From positions 3,436,061-3,500,060 of the forward strand of contig MU006089.1 in assembly GCA_010093705.1 (NCBI GenBank): DNA of 64,000 bases. The letters are read 5' to 3'. The DNA is from Patellaria atrata CBS 101060 (Eukaryota). The position numbers and the translations under genes were made by a program. Positions 12,357-24,953 of the stretch are shown in pieces (positions within the stretch are counted from its first letter, which is position 1; each line of letters opens with the position of its first letter). Below the pieces are notes generated by a model, which saw only the letters and a program-made list of their open reading frames with translations, had not been told where the DNA came from and made no database searches.

Positions 12357-14208
12357 TTATACTAATCGAGCGTCGTTCGTACCGAGGGCATGTGCAGTCG
12401 ACCCTAACTCTACGGAAGGAACGAGGATAGGCTCAGGGGCCGGCGTGGACGGCATGCTGGATAGTTCTATGCCTTGGTCACGAGAGGGATCTAAAGTTGA
12501 CCTTGAGAAGAGTCTCCGGATGTGATGCGCCCAACTCTTCATTACCGGCCTATCAAAAGCTTCTTGAATCGACTCGAGAGGAATGCCTCTTGTTTCTGGC
12601 ATATATACCGCCAACACGGCAACGGTAGCCAAAGCAATGAAACCGAAAAGGAAGTATGCTCCAAAGGACGAATTGGCGAGGAAGATTGGAGTGAAGAATC
12701 CCACAAACCAATTGGTAAACTAAAAGTTTTCAGCAACAGAGGAACGTCGTTACACTGATGGAAGACTTACAAACCCAAGGCCTTGGGCTACGCAGTTTGC
12801 AGCCGCTCTAGTCTGTGCTGGTTGAATCTCACTTGCATAGATCTTTCCAACGACACCCCAGGTAAAACAGAAGATCAACGCAAATGCGAAAATGAGTACG
12901 ACCACTACCCAGCGAGCCACACCGTAAGGATGGACGCTGGAAGAAGCGTAGAAAGATCCAATGAGCAACATACAACTAGACAGTCCAATTCCTCCAGTGA
13001 TCATAGACGTTCGACGGCCCCATTTATCAGCGAATATGAGAGCTGGAACCGATATTGCCAACATCAAGATTGCTGAGACTCCAGATGCGAGGAACGCAGC
13101 CGTTTGGTCTGGAAGACCTGCTTGCGTGAAGAGGGTCGGGGCATACTACGGTTGCAGTTAGTCTCAGATATACCACCAGTACGGTGAGCTTGGAAGAGGT
13201 TATACGCACATATAACACACCATCAATCCCCGACATCTGTACCATCCCCAAAACGACCAGTGCCAGCAAGGTCTTCTTCCTATACTCCCGTCTGAAAATC
13301 ATCATAAACCCCTCCACCGTGGACGTCTGCACATGTGCCTGCTCTATCGGCCTCAATACATCCTTCTCCGCCTCCGCTTGATTGAAATTAAGCCGTTCCA
13401 GATTCCGCATCGCCTGCTGCCGATATTCATGTTGGATCAACCATCTCGGACTATCTGGGAGAAAGAGACAGCTCGACGCCAGGACCAGGCCCAGGATCGA
13501 GGAAATGATATAAGGGAGCCGCCAGGAGAGACTAGAGTCCATATGCAGAGAGCCGTAGCAAGTAAAATAGCCTAGACATACCCCAGCAGCAGCGTTGAGT
13601 TGCGGCATCGAAACCAGCATGCCGCGACGGGCGGAAGGCGCGATTTCACAGATATACACACTCACCGTTCCAAGCCACAGTCCCTGACCCAGCCCACTCA
13701 GTCCTCTCCCTACCAGGAACATCGGCAGCCCATAACTACTCGCTTCCAGCACCGTTCCCAGCGTAAACACCAATGCACCCATCAGTACGACGTGCAGCCG
13801 GCCGAACCGATCGGCGAGTTGACCCGCGAAGACAGAAGGAAGGGCACCGGCGAGCATGATTAGGGAGACGGTGAAGCCGCGCATTTGGGGGGTAAGGGGG
13901 CCGAAGAGGGAGAGGTAATGCGGCATTTCGGTTACGGGACCTATGCTACCAGTGTCGAAGCTATATAGGGGAGTCAGTTGTGATATGAGTTGACTGGAAC
14001 GTGCGCAAGGGATTGTATTAGGATTCGAAATATATGTTAGGGCTGCTAGACTTGTTCCGAGATACTTCTAAACAGTAACGTACCCATTTAGAAACCCGCC
14101 GATGGAAATAACCACAGAGGCTGTGACGTAGCCAGGGGGTTTGAGTGCCTTGAACATGTTTCCCACTTTGTGGATGGGAGCTTGTAGAGCGCTCCGGATG
14201 GTGGTCAT
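12357..14208 (-). CDS. MFS sugar porter (hexose/quinate transporter-like), about 4 exons
   Basis: GGFLNG|FDTG, DRFGR, YICEIAPSARRG, PDSPRWL, DKWGRR, SEIQP and PETRG motifs. Introns near 13961-14083, 13149-13209 and 12720-12770. Confidence 0.92.
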
Positions 14209-14372
14209 GGTTGATAGAAGATATCGGTCTATTCTACACGAATTCGTTATATCTGAGTTGAGGCCCCAATCAATTGAGGGAGAAAATGAATTTTGTACAA
14301 TATCCTTCTTACAAATCAACAATCGATGATCCACTACATTGGTCTGCCAGCACTACGAGCTCATGCAACAAG

Positions 14373-14700
14373 CTTATCCTCTCAATCCTTATCTCCATCC
14401 CCGCATTCTTTTGAACCTGCGTTTTAACATCATAATCACTTAGATTGATTTGGGACGTCTCTTGAATCTCCTGCTTATAAATCAGGTAGTAGTTTCAAAG
14501 TTGGGCGGAAGATCGCTGAACTGTGATACCCCTGAAGTTCAATGCTTTATCAAGACCCCGCAGAGTTAAAAAGAAAACGCTCCATAGAGTTAAAGAGAAA
14601 AAGAAAAAAGGGAGGGGGGAAAAAGTGCAAAAGAAAACCTCAGTAGAGGGAAAGTTAACCCGGCGAACGCATTTAACTTTATGATCTGGCGGAGGCGGGG
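14373..14700 (-). promoter_or_regulatory. Cluster of CreA/Mig1-type SYGGRG and GATA motifs upstream of the sugar porter
   Basis: CCCCGC at 14399 and 14556, GCGGAG at 14689 directly followed by GCGGGG at 14695; TTATC/GATA sites near 14373, 14388 and 14546. Confidence 0.4.
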
Positions 14701-15388
14701 CTCGAACTGATGACTGTAGGAAATTGACTGAAGAAAATATGACAAAGGAAAATTACCACTCAGCCATTGCCGCCAGAATTGAACGTAATCACCAACTAAG
14801 TGCTTATGAGGGACCTGTTTGATTTGTTTAAAGTGTTACTGATGTAACTTGCTCAGGAGTGCGAGATCTGGTGTTGTGGCTTTTAGTGTTGTTATACACT
14901 GATGCTGTACCTATAGAGGAGTATGGACTCCTGAGTATTGCAAGTGACAGGATCAATCGGGTGTTATGTGGATATGTAGCTTGAAAGGTCAATCATGCTG
15001 GTGATAGTCTTGAAACGATAAAACTAGCATTGTCAAAATGAACAAGGACATACTGTAGAGAGCAAATTTGGATATGGCTTCCGTACGTAGTCAGTTCGAC
15101 GACGAAAGTTTCAATATAGAAGCATATTCGAAAGCAGTTAGACGGCAGAACTTAAGCATTCAAACCCAAATCTGTCAAATCATCAATCGAAATGCCTAAA
15201 GAGATCTTACCAAACAATCCCGCTCACAGATAGGTACCGTATACTTGTGAATGCCAAAACCCCTGAACACCTCCGCTGAACATCAAACAACAGGAACGTC
15301 ATAAACAAAAGGTATCTCAATGAGCGATCCCAAACGCCATTCCCTTCGTTTTCCTAGTTTTCCCCCTCCAACATTAGCCATAGAATGC

Positions 15389-16490
15389 TTAGGTGCTATA
15401 CCTATGTCCCGAATACCCGCTATGCCCCCTACTAACACCACCCAACTCAATTTCCGCCCTCCTCTCTTCCCTACTCCTCGCACGTTCTTGCTCTGCACTT
15501 TCCCGTTCCAAGCCCCTCCCCCGCTCGTCTCTCCCTAATTTCCTACTCCACAAGCTCCTCGGCTCGTGGTGTACAGCGGGCACACCCCTTACGCCCAGAG
15601 TGGGAGGTGACAGCCTATCTCTCGGCGTATTCTCCTCATCATCAGCAGGCCAATCGATGTTGAACGTGCTCCTGCTCGCCTCAGGGCTAGGACCCGGATC
15701 CGCTTTCTTCAGCAGTGCAGCCATCTGCTGTGAAACAAGTTCATCTTCAGTAAGGGGTGTAGCGGGTGCCGTGTGCCGCGATGAGGGATACATGTTTGTG
15801 AGGAAGTTACTGTAGTACGAGCTGCCGGAATGAGATGTGATAGAGTGAGAGGATGAGTGAGGCTTGCGGACGCGAGCGATTCGGCGGTATGTCCATAGGA
15901 GGAGGCCGGAGTAGACGAGGGTCGAGCTGAGGGAGAGTGCGGTGGCGACGATGGCGCCAGTGCCGAATTGGTAGCGGGATGAGGAGAGGAAACAGTAGAT
16001 TAGGGTGAGGAGGCCTAGGGCGGAGGATTGAAGAGCTGGTCTATTCTCATAGTTGGTATGGAGTATCTCGAACGGGTATTTAGGTATAATATTACTCACA
16101 GGAAGACTGCTTCCGCTTGAAAGATCCAATTGCTACAAGCAAAGCAGAGCAGACCGGTGAAGGAGTATCCAGCCGTCAGCAAAGCGCCAATCAAGACGTC
16201 AAGCACAGCGTCGCTGAAGCGTAGTTTTGGATCTTTGTCATATGTCGCGGGTAGTATCAAGTATCTATTGACTATGTTAGTAGTTCCATTCTCGGTGCTT
16301 GAGTTTTGGAGCTCTAGGCTATACGGACCCGCCGAGTATCATCCATGATGCTGCAAGAGCGACAACTCGCCAGTACCACTACTTTATATTAATCCTAATG
16401 CTCACAAATGGGCCAAATAACAAAACAAACCGGAACCGTGTCTCTTCCCGAGTTCAAGTCCTCCAAAGACTTGTATGTATGCGCTCGCAT
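15389..16490 (-). CDS. Fungal multi-pass membrane protein of unknown function, 4 exons
   Basis: Spliced reading MRAHTYKSLEDLNSGRDTVP|WYWRVVALAASWMILG|GYLILPATYDKDPKLRFS...EAVFL|PALQSSALG with canonical GT-AG introns; about 4 TM segments and a disordered C-terminus. Confidence 0.7.
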
Positions 16491-18960
16491 TAGGCTTGAT
16501 TTTCGCGTTTGCGTCGACTCTCGGATGGGTAGGGATTGGAGGCACCAGCGACAACGCTGCACCAGTGGGCTCACGAGCGCTTCATACAAAGAAAGGCTTT
16601 GCAGCAAAGAAGAGAAGGAGAAGAGTTGTGAACAGAAGAAGATGAGACTGACGAGGTCGTTACGATTGCCTACGTGAGGCTGATTTTCGTGTAACCAGAG
16701 GGGAGTTGCTATACGAGCACGGCCCAGTTGTTCAAGGCCGGGGTGTGTGTGTGCAGACAGGCAGCTTCTAGCCTTCTAGTCTTCTACTTTTCTAAGCCGT
16801 TGTGCGATGCAAGCGGGATATGCGGGATGCTGAGGTGAGCGACGGGCAGATCCAAGAGCTTTCATATGATTCTAACGAGTGGTTTACCGAAAATCAAAAC
16901 GAGCGATGACAAGAAGACTATGAGAAGAAGACTGTGAAAATATTCCTTTCGGCATTTGTGCTTGAGAGGGTAGGTAGCATGATATTATTGTACTTTTGCC
17001 AGCAGGAGGGACGCCTTGAAGGATCTCCCGCCGTTTACTGGTGGTAGGCTGGGGATTAGGGCTCAGCATAGCTAAGCACGGCGATCCAATACGAATGGAG
17101 GGGACAAGGGGAAACCTCTCTGACCTCAGCCTCTTCTCCTACTCATCAGAAATATATCTGCTTGCGCCGTGGCATCTTGAGAAATATCCTGGGACGAAAA
17201 GACTGCGGGTGGAAGGTAGTTCTAAGGCAGACATTTACTACTACCTTACGGTTCTCGCTGTGCTCAGTCGCCAACCGTGACGCCTTCTCCGATCTCAACA
17301 GTCGAAACAAGCAACAACGGCCCGTAGACAAGATCGATGATCTTTGGACCTCACAACGGGATGCATCCGGTGGCAGTTGTGGCGTTGTGGCTCGTCCTCG
17401 AAGTTCCAGGGCAGTCTCCATTCATATATTTAATCTCTCGAAAACCAGGTTTCAAGATGATCAGGCATACTACTGGATCCCTTGATCTATAGCTAATGCG
17501 TGTTACATTCGGTTCCCGCATTGTATCACAGTCTGGAAACGCATGTGCAACTTCAAACAATGCTGCTGACAGAGAAAGCCTCCGTATACCTTCGTAGCCC
17601 GAGGATGACTCCAAAGCATAACAAGTAGTATACCTAGAATTGGGAAAAGCCCAACTACTTTACCAAAGAATAAGGCTGCATGGACTTGTTTATCCGCACT
17701 TGGCGCAATACGTCTTTCTAGACTTCTAGTAGCATGCAAAATTCTTCTAACCCGAAGTAGTTATGGTTCGATTGCTTCAATTTCGAGAGGTTGGCCAGAG
17801 TGTGCCTTACAAAATCTACATATATGTCCAATTTCTAGGTAGAATATCTGCATAGAAGAAACGGAAGATGCCACGCTCGACAACGGTCCATTTGGTGCTC
17901 GGTACAAGTGATTCTTAGCCGCCATTGAGAAGTTTCAAATTCACCAGGTTTTGTGCTAGGTTGGTTCTGATAATTTTATAGGGGCGAATGTCCAGCTCGT
18001 CGATCGATCAAAAAAAGTAAAGAGAATATTCAGATAATAAGGACAGTAAAAGACAAGAAACTGAAGAATAAAATATAAGTTTTCGACAAACATCGGAGAC
18101 ATCCCCTGATTGAGAGTTGGATGAAACGCCTATGCAAATAAGAAGTATGGAAATGAACATGACGAATACTACTTTCAAGATCACTCTTTCATGCGTCTAG
18201 TTGTCTGACTAGTGTAATTCATTGACTTGGGAAATGTTCTCTAGTATTCTGAACCTACCTCCTTAAGAATGCGTGAAATTCATCTGGGTGAGTAGTGAAG
18301 TAATAGTTCTTATAGACGTTCATTCTTCTGGAGTGACTATGTCTGTTACTGTACCTACCTATAAAGAATTGTCTGAAGGACCGGTGCCATTGGATATAAC
18401 GATCAATGTTCGTGATGAAGATAATAGTTTCTGAATTTCTGAGAGAGTTCGAAGCGAGGGAATGAGGAAGAAGTTGTATAACGGACAAGTTCATAACGGT
18501 TAGTATACTGTATTGTACAATACTTGTACAACCTAGTTCTTGTGCCAAAGTATGAGCAAAGGAGGATCTCCTATGCAGAGGATGCTATTACGAACGCATC
18601 ATATACTCGTACCGTGAATGGAATGATTAAGATTGACAGACCAAATGTAGTATGAAATGCCATAATAAGCATAACGAAGGGAACATTGATCGACGTCGAA
18701 GAAATTGTGAATTGACGTGCATCCTGCCTAGTTTGCTTGATTCTTAGAAAACTAGGACGTGTATGAGGAGAGATGGATTATATTCTTTTCCTTATTGATA
18801 GACTTGATAAGTCATTAGATTCTAAAAGTACCCAGGATTTTATACCAAACTACTAGTTCTACGGTAGCCTACTTCGCCATCCGCCGCAATTCTGCCATCA
18901 TTATGAATTGGTCGTCGGACGGGAGTTGCTTCAAATCATCATTTCAATTGTTTCTAGAAG

Positions 18961-20140
18961 ATGATATTGGAATTCTTAGCACCATTAAGAGCGTCTAGTG
19001 CTCTTCGAGCTTCCCCTAAATACCGAACCGTACACTACGCAACTGCCCTTCCGCGATACCAATGCCTTCACACATCTTCCACTCAATTGGCAACGCCAGT
19101 ATCTCCCAATATTCCAGGACCTCCGCCTCCCCCGCCAGTACCCACTCCAACATCAGCTGAACAAAGAGTTGCAAGAAAACGCAAGCAAGCTGAACTTTTA
19201 CAGCGTGGAAAGGCTCTACGTGCCGATCCCTCTAAACCGTCAAGCGCTCTGCAAAAGAGGTTTTGGAAAGAAGTAACTGTCAAGGAAGCAGAAGGTTCGT
19301 CTGCTATCACCAAGCAGCTATTAATCCGTAAACTAAGAGATATTCATAGATGGTCTTCATGTTATGCTTGACTCCCGACCGGTGCGCACGGCGGCGAAGA
19401 ATATCCTAACTATCCCACGTAATAAGCACCAACTTGCCACCGCTATCGCTTTAGAATGGGACCAGCTTGTTAGCGCACATCAAGCACTCAAGAACCACTA
19501 CATACCGTTAACATCTCTTACCTCGAGGGCGCTGGATATACAAGCTGCCGATGCCAAAGGAGAAGGAAAGACTCGGAACGACATCGTGAAAATACTAATG
19601 GGGTATTTAGACACAGACACATCACTTTGTTGGGTACCAGAGAAAAATATACACGACCCGTCCAGTGACAGCTATGGCAATGAAGTCGCTGAGAGTCTTC
19701 GTGAGCTACAAATGCGCGCAGCCCAGCCCATAATATCTTATCTGACCACTCGTGTTTGGCCTGGGGTGGAGATAACTCCTATCCTTGAGTCCGACAGTAT
19801 ACTACCGACACCACAACCAGAGGTTACTAAGCAGGTCATCAATGGCTGGATATCAGGACTTCCGGCATTTGAGCTCGCCGGCCTCGAGCGTGCTGTACTA
19901 GCGAGCAAGAGTCTATTAGTATCAGCACGATTTTTAGTCGAGTGGAGCCAAGAATTTACTCAATTACGAAAAGATGCCCTAGGAAGTAAGAGATTCGGGA
20001 TAGAAGAAGCTGCTGATGCGTCGAGTTTAGAAGTGAGGTGGCAGACAGGGATGTGGGGCGAGGTCGAAGATACGCACGACGTAGAGAAAGAGGATCTAAA
20101 AAGGCAATTAGGTGGAGTCGTACTATTAGTAAGCGGTTAG
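18961..20140 (+). CDS. ATP12: Mitochondrial F1-ATPase assembly chaperone Atp12
   Basis: Mitochondrial presequence-like N-terminus, KRFWKEVTV, LDSRPVRT, IALEWD, YLDTD, SLEVRWQTGMWGEVEDTHDV; intron about 19294-19350. Confidence 0.95.
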
Positions 20141-21960
20141 AAGTCGAGATATGGGACATGCATAAATTCAGTCCGTTATTTAGCAATCTTACTGTCCTGG
20201 TAATCACGACTTCTGTTTTCATCAGTATGCTTTCCGCTGCCGTAGCATCCATCAATACTGTCCGCTCCCTCATGAAGGGGGTTCCAGCTTGACCGCCCAG
20301 GAACAATAGGAAAATGTCGCGCAGTCACAACTTTGCGGGTAACCTCACTGTGTAAACATGACATCTGCTAGTATTCCGGAATCGATAGCCCATAGACGGA
20401 TATAGAGGCTAAGCAATGTCACCCGATAAGAACCAGTTCGCTAGGGTACTGCTCTTACCTAGCCCTTAGCATTCTTTATTAGATATACGCTCCATTCTTG
20501 ATCACTCTGCACCTCTATTGTGTGAAGTAGACGGGACTCTAATAGGGGGCCTTCAACCATATATCATATTGACTGTCTGAACTGAAGGGATTCTATTCTA
20601 CCCCAGCAGAGAATCGAAGTGTATAGAGACTTACAAATTCCCACCGTGACAAAGGAGGTGATATTATACTCCGCCGAATCCCCATTTGAGGGGATCCTGC
20701 CAGTTAGAAATTTGAGGAGGAGCGGGACTGATTAGGAAATGAAATGGGATTTCTTTCACCGCCAATTTCATAATTCTAATAACTTGATTCAACTCATTGC
20801 GAAGTTTCTCACTTTGCTCCCTCTTTCGTTGTTCCGTCTTCTTGTACTGAATAGATTTAACCTTCTTGTTATCCTTCTCGACCAAGTCTACCGAAACTAT
20901 TGGCTTTGTATCGCTGCGGTCTTTGTGAGAGGGGTGTGCATTTGTCCCCCTATTCAATCCTATTTAGAAGCTGCTCCAGAGCGTGTTAAGTTGATGTCAC
21001 TCACTTAACTTTAGTTGCAGCTATCCTACTCAAGAGTTAGACTAGTTGATAGCGCCATGGGCCGTTTCGCCTTGTCTAAAGATCATTCACCTTTTCCGTT
21101 TGCTCTTTCGATGCCTCACTGACCGCATTTACCCATTCTTCACCGTTCTCATTATTCTTTCGTATGTCGTCGAACGTTACTTTACCGACCAGATTGAAGA
21201 GACTCTTAAGAATATTAGACATCAGGGATCCTACCTGTTATTAAGGCCTAATCGAAATGAGGATAACGCTCGTAGGGAAGATACCAATTAAATAAACTAC
21301 GATAGCACTCCTATTATACTTGTTTAAATGAACAAAGAGACATTCATCACGCAGTCAATGGTTCAAGGATAAACATTGAGAGATATCCAAAGTACCATAT
21401 TGCATAGATAGGTCAAATGGGTCATGGACTTAATAGTCAAGTGCTACTTCGTTGTCAGTCGTTGTTATTATCAGGCATTACTCGTCTCTCCACTATAACA
21501 TATCTTGATAACAGTATAGTATCTAGTGATTTACGCAATCAAGCAAGAAAGCAGATCAACGAATAATCCCCACGATCTTGAACATGCAAGTTGCGATCAC
21601 TATGCTGCTAACGCACTCCTATAACTTTCTGTTCTTCGTAATTGGTTACTTACTCTACATAATTGAGTTGTTCCTAAAAAATGCAATAGATAAATACTGA
21701 GCGGAATGCAATGTTAACATAGAGCGTGTCATGTGTCCTTTGATTAGTGATTAAGGTCATACAGCGGTCTGACTAAGGTGTTACTACCTAATTGAGAATA
21801 TTAGCCGAGAATCTCTTCTTACAAAGAGCAAGTCATCAGCAACTTTTAAATAAGATTTCCTGTTGGCTTACAATAATTTTTAATAACCTTAACCTAAGGT
21901 AATACTTGGAATTCTACTTATCTCTGAAATTCATCACTTCCTCAGAGCTACACTGCAGTC

Positions 21961-22958
21961 ATGGCATGTCTGCGACGAATATGGGGTTGGTTATATCCTC
22001 AACCACCAGCGCTTCCTCGAACTCTGACGTCCACCGGATTCCCCCTACTTGATCCAAATGCCCATGTGGAAGAAGAGTTGATGCCACATTATGAACTCGC
22101 CAACTACTTCCCGGTGAGGCTTGGAGATGTCCTAAGGGAGCAATACCAAGTGCTCAAGAAGCTTGGATATGGAGCAAATGCAACTGGTTGGTTTTGTCAC
22201 AATCTCACGTAGGTCCATTATTCTTGACTAACAGCAAATTCGTATTAAAACAGAATTAGAGAAAATAGATATGTGGCCATTAAAATTTACCTATACACAG
22301 CCAGGGAAAATCGGGAGATTAAATTTCTCAAACACCTTTCAAGTATTCGGTCTATTCATCCAGGCCTGAAATTGGTTCGGGCAATGGTTGATCATTTTGA
22401 GCTAGAAGGGTCTAAGGGCCTGTAATCAGTGCATAGTCCATGAACCCCTTTTATGTAGCCTGCATGACCTCCAAAGGTTACTCGGATTAGATAGGCTGCA
22501 TGGAGCTTTATTGAAGGAAGCATTGATTCATCTTCTCACGGTACTCAACTATCTACATAGTGAAGCACACGTCATCATACCGGTATAGCACTCTATTCAC
22601 TACATCGCCGTACAAGCACAGCTACAATAAAACTAACTATACCAGATATTCAGTCTAAGAACATTATGATTGCCTGTAAGGACCCTTCGTTTTTCGAAAA
22701 ATTGGTTGAGGACGAGGAACAGACTCCTAGTCCACGCAAAGTGGTCGGAGACAACATAGCCTACCGCTCCCACAGTTTACCACACTCCTCAAGTCGGTTT
22801 CAAGGGGCGTGGGGGATACCACTACTCTCCGACTTCGGTGAAACTCGTGTAGGAGACAACCATACTGGTCTCATACAGCCTAATCTATACCGAGAACCAG
22901 ATGTCGTCCTGAAGATGGATGGAGCTCGAAGGTAGATATGTGGAACGTTGATGTTTTG
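21961..22958 (+). pseudogene. SRPK/Sky1-like fungal protein kinase pseudogene, 3'-truncated
   Basis: YFPVRLGDVL...YQVLKKLGYG, YVAIKI, CIVHEPL, YLHSEAHV, DIQSKNIM, LSDFGE and WSSKVDMWNV are recoverable only across frameshifts at about 22423, 22575 and 22920. Confidence 0.85.
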
Positions 22959-23505
22959 GTATGCCCAATGTTTCATCGCTCCTCTATCGTGATTAGTATT
23001 TCTCCGTTTATGTACGTTTCAGGAGGTGAATGGATAGAAGTTAGATTATTAACATGTTACTCTAAACTACATTGAGAAAGGGTATAGAACGACTGGATAA
23101 ACCCATGAACTATGTGACAATGCCCGTTAACACCAATTTGTACAGATGAACCATCCATATAACTCTCAACTAATGCTCGAGCAGTGCAAACTTTATGAAC
23201 TACCAGGTATTTAACACCCAAGAATCCACTCGTACAAGTGTTTCCAGCCCTGATAAGCACGGTTGAAGAACTTGTGGTGTTCGACCCTAAGCGGCATGGG
23301 TGGTCAGCAATGATATCCTCCTAATTCAAACTTGTAGCGGGGCGGAAATTAGAACTGCTTACCTTCGATTTCGGCAGTCAACGTACGACTCATGTGGTAT
23401 GGCCGTTATTGATAGGTACAGTACAAGCTTAAAGGACGGTTTGAGTTGACGCGCATGTCTCGTTCATGAAAGCTTCTTTGATCCACTTCTTCAGGACTTC
23501 ATCTC

Positions 23506-23892
23506 TTATATCATAATTCTCTCGACCTTAGACCTGAGGGCCCTAATCTGGCCATGAAGGTCTGATCCCTCATTTGTCGTGATCGACACCACGATGACCG
23601 GACTACTTACAACACAAGCACGGGCTATTGCGATTTTGCCCAGGACGTAGACGTAAGGGACGTTCTTGTCCTCGCAGAGAAGAGGTATATGGAGGAGGAT
23701 GGTGAGGGGGTAAGTGTCAACTGCCAAGATAACAACCTCAGAGACACCACGATTTAGTGTCTCCGTCGTTTCATTGGCGTCTTTGCGCAACTGCTTGTAG
23801 TGGGATGCTTGCTGTACAAGATCCAGGATCTGTTGTGCTAGCGGAGGATCTACAACGGGCCAGGCGGCAGGGATGTCGTTCTGGTCTGCCAT
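23506..23892 (-). pseudogene. SNU13: Intronless, heavily substituted copy of Snu13/15.5K (L7Ae family K-turn binding protein); ORF intact
   Basis: 128-aa ORF collinear with Snu13 (AWP...QILDLVQQA...LNRG...LLCEDKNVPYVYV...RAC) but with changes at normally conserved sites (KGANEATK -> KDANETTE). Confidence 0.7.
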
Positions 23893-24431
23893 CCTATGAT
23901 ATTCGGGGAGAAGTGCGGTGGCAAAAACCTTTATCTCTCGATTTTTCCATAGAGGGTTCCTTGTGTGAAAAGCTGGACTTCGTACGTATAGATACTTCCA
24001 GGACAGGCGTATACCCGAATATTTTTGTTATGTGGGAAGACTTAAAGAGAAAATGCTTGTATATGGAGTACGTTCTTGGAAATGATAAGAAGAGATCTCA
24101 GAGAACTATTTGTATGAAAACGGAAATCCTTAGGAATGGGGATTTTGACGCGAGAGAGGTTGTAGAAAAAGAAAGCATGAAGGTTTAGAGGGGCCCAGCA
24201 GGCCTTAAAATCAAGGTTGGAGTCTCTGCTCCAGCATATCTCCATGATTCTTCTTCCTAACACAGCCGAACTGTTCTAAGGTAACGTAAGCATAGGTAGG
24301 CGACATTAGCTTCTTGTTAGAATGGAGTGACAAGTAAGAGATGAAAAGATCATATGGAGCAAAGGAGCATTTATGGAAAGGTTATTGAATTCGATATGTA
24401 TGATTACAAGTTGGTATGCACCTCAATAATC

Positions 24432-24953
24432 CTAGTTTGAGTCCAGTTTGACGGTCGTAAGACCCGGAATTGACTTCTTCAGTAGAACTGCCGATTGTCT
24501 CACACGATCTTTCATCAAGAACCGCGTATTAGGAAGATTATCACGGCTGAAAGTGAGGTCAATCTTCTTCAGGTCCGCGACACGGATTGGGGCCGGATGG
24601 TCGAGGCGTGGTAGATGATTGTAAGGACTCTCTTCCTTAGTCCTTATATCTTTCCTAGATCCATCCACGTTAGCATGTGTAGTAGTTGAGAACTCCTTTC
24701 CGCCTTTGTTTTGTGTTGATGAGTTACTCTCTTTGGATGCATCTAGTTTCTGGTGTTGCGAGGAAAGGTTAATCCAGTGATCTGGATGCCAGAGCCTGGG
24801 TAAAGAACCATCCTTGCGGGCCTCGTCGGCAACCTCGCGAGCCAGGCGAGCTTTACGGATGTAATAGCGATCCCAGATCACGTATAAGATTGTTGACGTA
24901 ATGACAAGGGAGAGGAATATGATGAGTATGGTCCACATTGTATTGAGCGCCAT
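24432..24953 (-). CDS. Small single-pass membrane protein of unknown function
   Basis: ORF from MALNTMW with hydrophobic TILIIFLSLVITSTILYVIW followed by basic residues. Confidence 0.5.
   Translation of the reverse strand: MALNTMWTILIIFLSLVITSTILYVIWDRYYIRKARLAREVADEARKDGSLPRLWHPDHWINLSSQHQKLDASKESNSSTQNKGGKEFSTTTHANVDGSRKDIRTKEESPYNHLPRLDHPAPIRVADLKKIDLTFSRDNLPNTRFLMKDRVRQSAVLLKKSIPGLTTVKLDSN

Noticed and set aside
13961..14083. Long first intron of the sugar porter with an extra CTAAC, tested as a stwintron
   Set aside because: A nested-donor reading would break the G-F-D-T frame, and a single GT-AG intron explains it. No C/D boxes seen.
18510..18523. Perfect 14-bp palindrome GTATTGTACAATAC
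   Set aside because: Isolated and AT-rich; a few such palindromes are expected by chance in 64 kb.
16884..18900. Many short ORFs in the long intergenic region before ATP12
   Set aside because: No domain, transposase motif, LTR or TIR could be recognised.
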